Shown here: piece by piece, positions 46,599 through 56,179 of the stretch
Layout: each line of letters starts with the position of its first letter
Position numbering within the stretch: position 1 is the first letter of the stretch
From: Candidatus Latescibacterota bacterium
GTDB taxonomy: Bacteria; Latescibacterota; UBA2968; UBA8231
DNA length: 64,000 nucleotides
Direction: 5' to 3'
NCBI GenBank assembly: GCA_965223905.1
Contig: CBDCXV010000001.1
Coordinates: 128,001-192,000, forward strand
Notes under the pieces: model-generated
Seen by the model: only the letters and a program-made list of their open reading frames with translations
Database searches by the model: none
What the model was told of the DNA's origin: nothing
Made by a program: the position numbers and the translations under genes

Positions 46599-47465
46599 AT
46601 GTCCGTGCTGATGAGATATGTAGTGTCGATGGCCCTCGTGAATCTCGGCGTTCCGCTCGCAGCAGATGCCCATACCGGGGATCGCGTCTATCCCATTGTC
46701 GAGTTGACGGACGAGATGCTCGCGCAGATCGATCTCAAGGACGTATCGGTGCAGGACTGGATAGATGTCCTGGGTGAACCGGTGTTGACGGCCCTGAATT
46801 TTGAAACGGATATAGGCAGTTACGATCCCGGGGACATGGACTTTCGAATATGGTTGGCATGGCATGACGAGTCCGACAAGCTGTTTGTTGCCGGCCAATT
46901 TGCCGACGACGCTACCCAGGTAGAGGGCAGCATCTATGAGAATGCTCGCTGGGAGATAGACAGGGTTTCGCTGTTCGTTGACGGCGATCACAGCGAACCG
47001 CCGTATGCTGGGCCAGAAGGTTTCCATCAAGGCACGTGGTACATAGCGACACCATTCCTGGCGGAGGATCCGGATGTACTCTTCCCTGCTGATGAACCCC
47101 ATTGGGCGTCGAGTCCACCCTACAGCGATGGAGGAGGAGGAGTGTTCAATGAGAGTCCGATCCTCTGGGTCATCGAATTTCTGGTCACCCCGTTCGATGT
47201 TTTTGGCTGGGATGAGGATTCTCCGGACGGAAGCATAGCCTCCACCCTGGAGGCCGGCGAAGTGATCGGACTGGCCATCGAAGTCCATGATAACGACGAT
47301 TTTAGGGTGAAGGAGCGCACGCGCTTCGCCCTGTCCGGTGTCCTTTGGTGGCAGGACGATTTGCTGCTTGACGGTCTCCTGCTTGGGGCAGGTGAAATCC
47401 TCGACGACGGCTCGGTGGTGGAGGCCGATTCGTGGGCGCGGATCAAGGCGACGTTCGAGGAGTGA
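46599..47465 (+). CDS. Secreted CBM9/DOMON-like protein, array copy 4 (type II)
   Basis: Near-identical framework to copy 3; AGGAGG RBS. Confidence 0.8.
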   Translation: MSVLMRYVVSMALVNLGVPLAADAHTGDRVYPIVELTDEMLAQIDLKDVSVQDWIDVLGEPVLTALNFETDIGSYDPGDMDFRIWLAWHDESDKLFVAGQFADDATQVEGSIYENARWEIDRVSLFVDGDHSEPPYAGPEGFHQGTWYIATPFLAEDPDVLFPADEPHWASSPPYSDGGGGVFNESPILWVIEFLVTPFDVFGWDEDSPDGSIASTLEAGEVIGLAIEVHDNDDFRVKERTRFALSGVLWWQDDLLLDGLLLGAGEILDDGSVVEADSWARIKATFEE

Positions 47466-47495
47466 AAGCTGAACTAACCGGCGTGGTTGATTTAA

Positions 47496-47585
47496 CATCT
47501 GATTGAATTCTTCCGTGCCACCTGGGATAGGTTCCTCAAGGGCAAGAAGCTCGAGAACATCATCGACAAGAAACTCGGTTATTGA
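47496..47585 (+). pseudogene. C-terminal remnant of a D-2-hydroxyacid dehydrogenase
   Basis: Translates HLIEFFRATWDRFLKGKKLENIIDKKLGY*, matching the family's C-terminal pattern (F..N..RFL.G..L.N.VD...GY); in-frame TAA at 47493 and no start codon. Confidence 0.6.
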
Positions 47586-47688
47586 TTTGCCGATTCCCTC
47601 CGTCCTGCTCCCACCCACCGGTTGGCTTCGGGCCTGGATCTTCGACAGTGGACTCTGCCGGTCATTGTCGCGGGCCCCCGTCCTTTCT

Positions 47689-48492
47689 TCAGTATCCCAA
47701 TCGCTTCAGATACTCGCGAGTCCCCCTGCTCCGCTGCGCCTCTGTAACCGGTTCGTCCCCGGGCGGGGGCTGGCCGGGACAGCAGGTGACGCAGCGATCG
47801 AAGCCCTGGTCTGCCAGCAACTTCAGTATTCCCGGGAAATCCATGTTGTCGCCTTGCCCCACATCGCACCAGACCGGCAGGTAGTATCCGTCCTGTCGCC
47901 GCGACGTGGAGGTGTAGTCCTGTAGGTGGACATAGTTGAGCTGATCCCAAAAATTGACGATGGACTCCAGCGGATCGTACCCCCACAGCTGGGAATGGGA
48001 AACGTCGATACAGAGCTTCGCCTTGCGCAGGCAGCTCATGTAGAGGCGCCAGTGTTCGATTGAGTCCACCAGCGTGTTGGTGTGGATGTGATAGCTCACC
48101 TCCAGATCCAACCGCGCGGCGTATTCCGCCCAGGACTCGGCACTCTCAGCGGCGGCCCTGATGTCGTCATCACCTGCCGCACGACCCTCCGGCTTGGGGC
48201 CGCTCATGAACATGAAACAGTCGGCCTCGACCTCAGCGGCGAATTCCATGCGCCGCCGGTTCCTCTCCACGTGCTCCCACTCCGTGTTGTCCGGCGAGCC
48301 ACGGGCAGCGAGCACGTACATCGGCATTCCGGTGTCGGCGCAGATTCGGCGCAGCCTCGCAGGCGAGCCAAGCCAGTCGAGAGGAAGGCGACACTCCCAG
48401 CCATCCCACCCGGCCCTCTTGAGCTCTTCCAAGGCAACCTCAAGGTCTGGTGTTTGCCAGAACAGAGTACTGTAGCACATCGTGAATGCCAT
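47689..48492 (-). CDS. Sugar phosphate isomerase/epimerase (xylose-isomerase-like TIM barrel)
   Basis: AGWDGWE, YHIHTNT, CIDVSH, YVHLQD, VGQG; AGGAGG RBS. Confidence 0.85.
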   Translation of the reverse strand: MAFTMCYSTLFWQTPDLEVALEELKRAGWDGWECRLPLDWLGSPARLRRICADTGMPMYVLAARGSPDNTEWEHVERNRRRMEFAAEVEADCFMFMSGPKPEGRAAGDDDIRAAAESAESWAEYAARLDLEVSYHIHTNTLVDSIEHWRLYMSCLRKAKLCIDVSHSQLWGYDPLESIVNFWDQLNYVHLQDYTSTSRRQDGYYLPVWCDVGQGDNMDFPGILKLLADQGFDRCVTCCPGQPPPGDEPVTEAQRSRGTREYLKRLGY

Positions 48493-48754
48493 ACACGACC
48501 TCCTCTCTTCAGAGATCACTTCGATCCGATCGGAAGAAAGCTCTTCTGAACCGTGGAGTCCGCATGAACAGTATTATCGCCTGTCTGGTCAAGATTTTCA
48601 GCTTGCTTTGTGAGGCGTTGCGGTGGTCGATGTGCTGGCCGGCCCGGAAGAGGATCGAGCCGCAGCGGCGGCGCGCTGAAATTTCCGGCTGTGAGGAAGA
48701 GCTGAACAAGACCCCTACTGCGCCAGCCTCCACTTCAATTAGGGCTGCATTTTC

Positions 48755-49636
48755 TCAACGCTCGAAAAAGAACCTCGCCGCCGTGCCGCCGAGAATCTGC
48801 TCTTTCTGGGGGGCAGTGAGGAATTCCGCCTCGGCGATCACGGCGATTGCAGCTGGATAATCCTGGAGAGGGTTTTCCATCCCGACCGGGCCGCCGCTGT
48901 CGCTTTCCCACATGCAGCGTTCGGCGCCGAAGGCTTCGACGACCGGCCGGACGAGCTCCCGTGTTTCGTGGAACGGCGCGCGGCGATCGCCGACGCCGTG
49001 CAGGGGCCCCAGTTTCACCATCACCCGCGGATGCCGGGCAAGTCCGCACAGGGCCTGCAGATCCCCCCGGTCGATTCCGCCGTCCCTGACACGAACGCCG
49101 CCGAAGTGATCGACGATGACGGGCGTTTCCGTAAAACGCGAACACATGCGGTCGAGCTCGGGCAAGTCCTGCGGTCCCATGAGAAAGCTGAGCGCCAGAT
49201 TGTCTTCGGCGCCGGCTGCAAACATCTGCTCGTACCCCTCCTGGTCGAGCCAGCGGTCCACCTGTCCCCACTGCGGCTGCGCCCCACCGCCGCGAATTCT
49301 GAAGGCGTAGACCCCGCACCTGGCCAAGTCCCTCATCGCTCGATCGGGCGGTGCCAGCGCCACGTCGCTGACGGCAGGGACGATCCCGGTACCGCCGAAC
49401 GTGTCCGGGTCGGACGCTATCAGATCGATGATGTAGCGGTGGTCGAGGCCGTACCAGGTCATCTGCACAAGGTTGATGCGCACCTTCCCCACCTGCCGGC
49501 TGTAGCGAAAATGGTCGTCGGGCGTAAACGACGGCTGCCACAGATCGGATTCTGCAAACCCTGGAGCCAGGGGATAGCGCTCGAAATCTCCGCTCCAGAC
49601 GTGTATGTGTGCGTCTACGATTCTTCCCATGTCCAT
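48755..49636 (-). CDS. Amidohydrolase_2 family (sugar lactonase-like)
   Basis: DAHIHVW, VIVDHFG, VMVKL, FGAERCMWESD, ILGGTAARF. Confidence 0.88.
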   Translation of the reverse strand: MDMGRIVDAHIHVWSGDFERYPLAPGFAESDLWQPSFTPDDHFRYSRQVGKVRINLVQMTWYGLDHRYIIDLIASDPDTFGGTGIVPAVSDVALAPPDRAMRDLARCGVYAFRIRGGGAQPQWGQVDRWLDQEGYEQMFAAGAEDNLALSFLMGPQDLPELDRMCSRFTETPVIVDHFGGVRVRDGGIDRGDLQALCGLARHPRVMVKLGPLHGVGDRRAPFHETRELVRPVVEAFGAERCMWESDSGGPVGMENPLQDYPAAIAVIAEAEFLTAPQKEQILGGTAARFFFER

Positions 49637-49954
49637 ATCTCGACCTTTCTGACCTTTCCAGCGTATTCGGCGCCGGCCTCCCGGCAGCCTCGCCCGGCGG
49701 CAACACGAGAGCTGCCCCCGGCGACCGCATTGTTCACGCGTTCAGGCCTGTCGCGCCACCCCGGACGCTGGTGACCCCAGGGTGCATGGTCGCTGCCTTC
49801 ACGCGCCTCCGCGGCGATCCGCCGATCCCAACGCCAACCTGGCCGGAAGGCATCATTTGTGGCTATGCGAGGAGAGTCGGATCGGGATCGGCCAATCTCC
49901 AGCCAAGTGACTCATTGGCCGGAACTCGAATATCCGCAACGGTATCTGATCCTC

Positions 49955-51697
49955 CTACAGACGTCTCCGGAGGCTGCGTGGAGCGCCCGCGGCCCCTTCC
50001 ACCAGCTCGATCGAGCGACCCGACTGCACCGCATAGAGCCGATCGATCACACCAGACGGCCAATCCACGCGCACACTGTCCACAACACTGCTGGTTCCCA
50101 GCCCGAAGTGGACACGCAGATCGTTCCCCCCGAGAAAGCTGGAGCCTGCGGCGACTTCGCGGACCTGCCTGCGGCCGCCGGTAAAGGCCGTTACCCTCGC
50201 GCCGACGGCACTCCGGTTGCTCTGCTGCCCGATCAGGTTCAGCAACAGCCAGTTCCCGGAAGACGCGTCGTTGCGCAGCAACGTTGGCCGGTCGTCCAGA
50301 TTCAGAACCAGCAGGTCGAAATCGCCGTCGTTGTCGTAGTCTCCCGCGCAGCTCCCACGGCTGACCCGGCGCAGCGCCAAAGCGTCCACACCACCCACTT
50401 CTCCGAAGGTGCCGTCCCCCCTGTTCTCGAACAGCTGATTCGGCTGCGAGTAGGTCTCCTCGCCCAGCTCGAGCCGGTCGATCTGGGGATAGGCATGACC
50501 GTTGGCCACGAACAGATCCAGGTCGCCGTCGTGGTCGTAGTCGATGAAATTGGTCCCCCATCCCACGTACGGCTGGCTCTTGCTTCCCAATCCAGCCTGC
50601 ATGGTGATGTCCAGGAAGTGACGGCCGGCTTGGTTGCGGTACAGGGCGTTGTAGTCGCTGGCAAAATGGGTCACGAACAGGTCGGGAAATCCATCCCCGT
50701 TGAAGTCGCCAAATGCCGCTCCCATCCCGGCCTGCCCCTTCCCCTGGTAGTTGTAGGCCACGCCTGCGGCAAGGGCCACCTCGCGAAAGGATCCATCGCC
50801 ACGGTTGTGGTAGAGCAGGTTAGGGGTCGAGTCATTGGCGATGAACAGGTCGGGCCAGCCGTCCAGATCGTAATCCCCGAACAGGGCGGCAAATCCGTAG
50901 TATTCGTTCTTGTCCTCCACTCCCGCATCCGCGGTCGCCTCGAGAAATCGGCCGTCCCCTTCGTTGCGGTAGAGACGGTCGGCCGCACCCCCCAGGCTGC
51001 GCGGACCGCAAAAGACATCCACCGACTTCCACTGGCAGAATGGACGATTCTCCCGCTCCAGGTGTGGGTCGAAATTGACGTAGTTGACCACGTAGAGGTC
51101 CAGGTCCCCGTCCAGATCGTAGTCGCCGAATGCCGCTCCCGTGCTCCACCTTGAGTCACCGACGCCGGCAAAGCCGGAAATCTCCGAAAAGTGGCCGTCG
51201 CCTTCGTTGCGGTAAAACCGATTGGTCCCATAGTTGGTGACGTACAGGTCCGTATCCGAGTCGTTGTCGTAATCGGCGGCGACGCAACCCATCCCCCATC
51301 CGGTATCCCCGACTCCCGCCGCCTCGGTAACGTCGCCGAAGGTGCCATCCGTCTCGTTGCGGTAGAGCGCATTGTGCCTGGGAATCCCGCTGGCATGAGC
51401 TTCGAGCTTCGATCCATTGACGAAATAGATGTCGACATAGCCGTCGCCGTCGTAGTCGAAAAAGGCGCCCCCGCCACCCTTGGCTTCGACGATATGCCAT
51501 TTTTCCGGACCACCCGATCCATGCACCCAATCCAGTCCTGCCTCTGCGGTCACGTCGACGATCTGTGGCCTCGTCGCAGGCGCGGATCTCACGTTTTCAT
51601 GTCGAGTAAGGCTCGGATCCTCCGGCGACGGGGAACTGCAGGCGCTCAGGCAGCACGCGCCTATCCATGCAGGGAGCAGATGGAAAACGCGATTCAT
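49955..51697 (-). CDS. CRTAC1-family protein (FG-GAP/VCBS repeats plus ASPIC/UnbV), lipoprotein
   Basis: LSA-C lipobox; repeated DYDxDGDxDLYV; NRSAVGARV...VHFGLG. Confidence 0.92.
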   Translation of the reverse strand: MNRVFHLLPAWIGACCLSACSSPSPEDPSLTRHENVRSAPATRPQIVDVTAEAGLDWVHGSGGPEKWHIVEAKGGGGAFFDYDGDGYVDIYFVNGSKLEAHASGIPRHNALYRNETDGTFGDVTEAAGVGDTGWGMGCVAADYDNDSDTDLYVTNYGTNRFYRNEGDGHFSEISGFAGVGDSRWSTGAAFGDYDLDGDLDLYVVNYVNFDPHLERENRPFCQWKSVDVFCGPRSLGGAADRLYRNEGDGRFLEATADAGVEDKNEYYGFAALFGDYDLDGWPDLFIANDSTPNLLYHNRGDGSFREVALAAGVAYNYQGKGQAGMGAAFGDFNGDGFPDLFVTHFASDYNALYRNQAGRHFLDITMQAGLGSKSQPYVGWGTNFIDYDHDGDLDLFVANGHAYPQIDRLELGEETYSQPNQLFENRGDGTFGEVGGVDALALRRVSRGSCAGDYDNDGDFDLLVLNLDDRPTLLRNDASSGNWLLLNLIGQQSNRSAVGARVTAFTGGRRQVREVAAGSSFLGGNDLRVHFGLGTSSVVDSVRVDWPSGVIDRLYAVQSGRSIELVEGAAGAPRSLRRRL

Positions 51698-53424
51698 TCA
51701 AGCACTCCCTCAGACCCCGCCCACTGTTCCACGCCCCTTCCCTCGACAACGGTGAGAAACTGATTGGCGTCGACGCCCTGGAATCTTTCCATGGCGCCGC
51801 CCGGCCACCTGACCTCGACGACATCGGCCCTCGTTCGGTGGCCGAGTCCGAAGCTCACCCGCGTGTCACTCTGCGACAGGTAGCTGTAGCTGCCCTTGAC
51901 CTCCTTCGTCTGGGCCAGATCGCCTGCCTTGACGAGGATACGAGCCCCGATGCTGTGCCGCTTGCTCAAAGCTCCGACGGCACTGATGGACAACCAGTTG
52001 CCGGCATTGCCTCCGTCGTTGCGCAACAAAGCTGCCCGCCCGCCCGAGTTGCCCACGAGGATGTCGACATCGCCGTCGTTGTCATAGTCGCCGAATGCAC
52101 ATCCCCTTCCGACGTTTACCAGCCTGAGACCGGCGCCGGCCACGTCCGATACGTCCTCGAACCTGTATCGCCCGCTCTCGTCCGGACCGCTGTTGCGTAA
52201 CAGCAGATCCTGTTGCGCGTAGGATGTGTACGGGTCGACTACGTCCGCGTGGTCCTGAACGTGGCCGTTGGCGACGAACAAGTCCTGGAAACCATCGTTG
52301 TCGTAGTCGACAAAACCGATGCCGAATCCCAGGGGGCGCAGACTCGCCAGCCCGGCGCCGGACGTGTAGGAAGCGTTGGAAAACCGGAGTCTCTGTTTGT
52401 ACTCGTACAAGCTGTTGGGCTCATTCTGAAAGTTCGCAACGACGATGTCCATGTCCCCGTCGTTGTCGTAGTCTCCCGCATCCACTCCCATGCCGGCCTC
52501 TTTCTGGCCGTCGAGGCCGTAGGCCACACCCGCCATTGCACCGATCTCCCGGAACGAACCGTCTCCGGTGCCGTGGTAGAGGAAGTTCCTCGACGCGTCG
52601 TTGGCCACATAGAGATCGACCAGGCCATCCCCGTCAAAATCCGTTGCAACGACTCCCAGTCCCCGACCTTCCGTCTCGACGGTGTCCACCAGCCCGGCGC
52701 CATTCGTCACGTCGAAGAACATGCCGTCTCCTTCGTTGCGGTATAGGATATCGGCCGCCCCACTGAAATTGCGGGGGTGGGGATAGGATTTGAGATTCCG
52801 CACCGAAATGGATCCAGCCAAGTAAGGCTCCAGCTCCAGAGCTGCGAACGACAGATCGTACTTCACGTAGTTGGCGACGTACAGGTCCAGGTCCCCGTCG
52901 TTGTCGAAGTCGAGGAATGCCGCGCTGGTGCTCCAGCTGGTGTCCCCGACAGCCGCCCGCCGGGTGGCATCGAGGAAGCGACCGTTACCCTGGTTTCTAT
53001 AGATCGCGTTGGCGCCGTAGTTGGTCACCAGGAGGTCGAGGTGGCCATCGTTGTCGTAGTCGGCGGCGGCACAGCCCATCCCGTAGCCAAGGTCATTCGC
53101 TCCCGCTGCCTCGCTGATCTGTTTGAATATCCCACTTCCCCTGTTGCGGTAGAGCGCGTTGCCCGTTTCGGAGGTCGCTCGATACCCGGGCAGGGGTGCG
53201 CCGTTGACCAGGTAGACATCGAGATGGTCATCCCCGTCGTAGTCCAGGAAGGCGACCCCTCCTCCCATGGTCTCGGGGAAGTACTTCTGCCCACTGGCGC
53301 CGTTCACGTGCTGGAAGTCGATGCCGGCCTCGGCGGATACCTCGACAAACCGGACTCCGAGAACGGGATCGGCCAGCACCAACAGAAACATGTAGACACC
53401 CCAACGAAAAAACCGATTCGTCAT
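51694..53424 (-). CDS. CRTAC1-family protein (FG-GAP/VCBS repeats plus ASPIC/UnbV)
   Basis: ETMGGGVAFLDYDGD; repeated DYDNDG; SYLSQSD..VSFGLG; stop overlaps the next start (ATGA). Confidence 0.92.
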   Translation of the reverse strand: MTNRFFRWGVYMFLLVLADPVLGVRFVEVSAEAGIDFQHVNGASGQKYFPETMGGGVAFLDYDGDDHLDVYLVNGAPLPGYRATSETGNALYRNRGSGIFKQISEAAGANDLGYGMGCAAADYDNDGHLDLLVTNYGANAIYRNQGNGRFLDATRRAAVGDTSWSTSAAFLDFDNDGDLDLYVANYVKYDLSFAALELEPYLAGSISVRNLKSYPHPRNFSGAADILYRNEGDGMFFDVTNGAGLVDTVETEGRGLGVVATDFDGDGLVDLYVANDASRNFLYHGTGDGSFREIGAMAGVAYGLDGQKEAGMGVDAGDYDNDGDMDIVVANFQNEPNSLYEYKQRLRFSNASYTSGAGLASLRPLGFGIGFVDYDNDGFQDLFVANGHVQDHADVVDPYTSYAQQDLLLRNSGPDESGRYRFEDVSDVAGAGLRLVNVGRGCAFGDYDNDGDVDILVGNSGGRAALLRNDGGNAGNWLSISAVGALSKRHSIGARILVKAGDLAQTKEVKGSYSYLSQSDTRVSFGLGHRTRADVVEVRWPGGAMERFQGVDANQFLTVVEGRGVEQWAGSEGVLE

Positions 53425-53508
53425 ATTCGATCGAGGAATTTCACCTTCTCGCAAGCACTCGAGTTGGGCCGCGCGCGTATCTCGACTCGAGGCCGGGATG
53501 GCAGAGCC

Positions 53509-54705
53509 CTACCTGCCTTCCGCCGACACTCTCCTGGCCATTTGCCGGGCTCGCCGCTCTTTTTGGTGATCCCCGCTTTGTCGGTACGCGGTGGCCAGCT
53601 GATCGTACAGTCCCGCCTGGCCGGAATCGATTTCGGCCGCCTTTTCCAGCATTCGGACGGCCCGTTCGTACCTCTTCAAAAGCAGGTAGGCCTTGCCGAG
53701 CCCGAAATAGGCTGCACCCAGAGAGCTGTCGAGTTCGATAGCCTTGAGGTAGTGCGTTTCGGCGGGCCCCGGTTCCCCTTCGCGGAAGAAGGCAGAGGCC
53801 AAGCGAAGATGTGTATTGGCGTTTCCTGGATCGGCTTCGACTTCGGCAAGGAGCACGGAGGCATCCTCCGCGAGGCTCGTCAGCACCCGGAATCGCTGCA
53901 AGGCATTTTCTGCTGCTTCTTCCCGCCCGAGCGCCAGGTAGAGCTGGCCGAGGTTGGAATAGGCCATGGCCAGATTGGTGTCCAGCATGGCGGCCTTCTC
54001 CAGCAATTCCAGAGCCTCGGCAAGGCGTGTGTCGGCCCGGTAAAAAACCGCAAGCTCACACATGGCCTCGGCGTGCTCCGGGCGCAGTTCCAGCAGTTTG
54101 CGGTAAGCCTCTTCGGCCTCCGAGGAGCGGCCCTGGAACTTGAAGAGGCCCCCGAGCCGTTCATAGGCAGGGGCCAGTGCCGGATCCAGACTCAGCGAGC
54201 GGCGGTAGGCGACCTCGGCGGAATCCAGATCCCCTCCATGGGTGTAGAGGTTTCCAAGGGTATAGAAATAGGCCTTGCTGTCTGGGTCCAACCGAACGGC
54301 CCTTTGCGCCTCGGCCACGGCGGAATCCAGTAAAGGACCGCGATGAGTCTCCAGGAACTGGTCCAGAAGCAGCTCCGCGCGGGCAAAAGGCACCTCCGCA
54401 CGCGATCTGTCCAGGGATGCCGCCCGCTGCAGCGCTTCCCCGGCCTGCACTCTGTCCCCCATGCCCAGGTGGGAACGGCTCAATCCCGAATATGCCCGGA
54501 CAGAATCTTCTCCTCCTTCGAGGGCCGCCTGGAAAGCTTGCAGAGCCCGCTCGTGGCGTCGATTGCCAAGATGCGTTTCCCCCAGGCGATTCTGCAGGTC
54601 GAGGCCATCCGGCCTGGATTCGGGCAGAAAGATCCCATCCTGCCCCGGCTCCGAGCACCCCCACCAGAGGGAAAGGATGGAACAGATCCTTATCGCCCGA
54701 AGCAT
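53509..54705 (-). CDS. TPR-repeat protein (probable lipoprotein)
   Basis: LWWG-C; multiple TPRs (YTLGNLY, AYERLG, AYSNLGQLY, AYFGLGKAY). The ORF is open to 54795. Confidence 0.85.
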   Translation of the reverse strand: MLRAIRICSILSLWWGCSEPGQDGIFLPESRPDGLDLQNRLGETHLGNRRHERALQAFQAALEGGEDSVRAYSGLSRSHLGMGDRVQAGEALQRAASLDRSRAEVPFARAELLLDQFLETHRGPLLDSAVAEAQRAVRLDPDSKAYFYTLGNLYTHGGDLDSAEVAYRRSLSLDPALAPAYERLGGLFKFQGRSSEAEEAYRKLLELRPEHAEAMCELAVFYRADTRLAEALELLEKAAMLDTNLAMAYSNLGQLYLALGREEAAENALQRFRVLTSLAEDASVLLAEVEADPGNANTHLRLASAFFREGEPGPAETHYLKAIELDSSLGAAYFGLGKAYLLLKRYERAVRMLEKAAEIDSGQAGLYDQLATAYRQSGDHQKERRARQMARRVSAEGR

Positions 54706-54791
54706 CGCGAATCTCGCCGGACTCGGTGAAGTGACTCGGATAGATGGACGCACACATACCGCCCTGTTCTTCCTCCGTGCAAAAGGCATTG

Positions 54792-56045
54792 TCATTGCCC
54801 CCGGCCCATGCCGGCCAAGCCGCTGTCCGGATCAGCTGCCAGGGCGCGGAAGTCCGCGCCGGCAGGTTGCTGGAACACCCGCAGGTCGAACTCGGGCACC
54901 ACCGCGAGCAGGTGGTCGAAGATGTCGGCCTGGATCGTCTCGTAGTTCGCCCACACGGTGTCGTTGGTAAATACGTAGATCTCGATCGGCAGGCCGGCGT
55001 CGCCCGGTTGCAGCTGGCGCACGAGAAAAGTGAGGTCCTGGCGGATCCTGGGGTGGCGGCGCAGGTAGGCGATCACGTACGCCCTGAAAGTCCCGACGTT
55101 GGTCAGTCTCCTGCCGTTGATCAGTTGGCTCGTGTCGACCTCGGTGGAGGCGTTGTAGTCGGCGACTTCCCGCCGCCTCTCGCGCACGTATTCCCGAATC
55201 AGCTCGAACTTCTCGAACCGCTCCAGCATCTCGTCGCTGCATATCCGGATCGTCTGCATGTCGATGAACAGCGAGCGCTTGATGCGCCGGCCGCCGCTCT
55301 CCTTCATGCCGCGCCAGTTCTTGAAGGAGGCGTCGATCAGCTTGGGAGTCGGGATGGTGGTAATCGTCTTGTCCCAGTTCTGGACCTGGATCGTGTGCAG
55401 GGAGATGTCGATGACGTCGCCGTCCGCTCCGAAAGCCGGCGCCTCGATCCAGTCCCCCTCGTCGACGAGGTTCTGCGAGCGGATCTGAATGCTGGCGACC
55501 AGGGACAGGATGGTGTCGCGGAAAATCAGCAGCACGACCGCGGTCATGGCGCCGATGCCGCCCAGCAGGCCCAGGGGCGAGCGCCCCAGCATCAGCGCCG
55601 CCACCACCAGCGAGCCCACCACGTACAGGGCGATTCTGGTGATCTGCACGTAGCTCCTGATCGGGACCTTCTCCGCCACGGGGAGCCGCCCGTAGAACCC
55701 GTCGAATGCGCTCAGCATCGAACCGCCGATGAGCAGCCCCAACACGCCTACGACTGCCACCAGGATTTGCCGGATCAGCTCGGGCGGACCGGGAAGGACT
55801 TCGGCGCCGTGGAACAGGACGGCGGCCGGCACCAGCATGGCAGAGCGTCTGAGAACACCGGTATCGAGCAGAAGGTCGTCGAGGTCGGTGCGGCTGCGCC
55901 GGATCAGTCGCTCCAGGACGCGGAGAAAGACGTTGCGGGCAAGGAAGTAGCTGAGCCAGACCAGCCCCAGCAGAAGCGCGGTCTGTCCGAATTCATGGGC
56001 TACCCGGCGGGCCAGTTGTGCGGACATCTCGACTATTCCGTCCAT
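54792..56045 (-). CDS. ybdG: Mechanosensitive channel, MscS family, YbdG type
   Basis: VQNWDKTITTIP, FKNWRGMKESGGRRIKRS, LTNVGTFRAY, VRQLQP...GLPIEIY, QADIFDHL. Confidence 0.9.
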   Translation of the reverse strand: MDGIVEMSAQLARRVAHEFGQTALLLGLVWLSYFLARNVFLRVLERLIRRSRTDLDDLLLDTGVLRRSAMLVPAAVLFHGAEVLPGPPELIRQILVAVVGVLGLLIGGSMLSAFDGFYGRLPVAEKVPIRSYVQITRIALYVVGSLVVAALMLGRSPLGLLGGIGAMTAVVLLIFRDTILSLVASIQIRSQNLVDEGDWIEAPAFGADGDVIDISLHTIQVQNWDKTITTIPTPKLIDASFKNWRGMKESGGRRIKRSLFIDMQTIRICSDEMLERFEKFELIREYVRERRREVADYNASTEVDTSQLINGRRLTNVGTFRAYVIAYLRRHPRIRQDLTFLVRQLQPGDAGLPIEIYVFTNDTVWANYETIQADIFDHLLAVVPEFDLRVFQQPAGADFRALAADPDSGLAGMGRGQ

Positions 56046-56179
56046 GGGTTCAAATGTATCAACACCGGAAGGGTTGCGCCCGGGTTCCGGGTGGATGTGC
56101 CCGCCCTCTTCTTCTCACCTCCCGTACTGCAGGCGTTATGTTTGAAACATGCCCGTACTGCTGTTTGCGAATCTGAACC

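Noticed and set aside
43601-47465. Diversity-generating retroelement as the cause of the variable paralogs
   Set aside because: There is no reverse transcriptase in the window. Differences involve all four bases and in-frame indels, span the whole gene, and show no short non-coding template repeat.
43601-47465. Integron cassette array or CRISPR array
   Set aside because: No integrase, attC-like palindromes or cas genes are visible, and the repeats are coding sequence about 0.9-1.2 kb apart.
49637-49954. Possible ncRNA in a 318-nt intergenic gap
   Set aside because: The GC-rich pairing is expected by chance and I see no recognisable family motif; an Rfam search would be needed.
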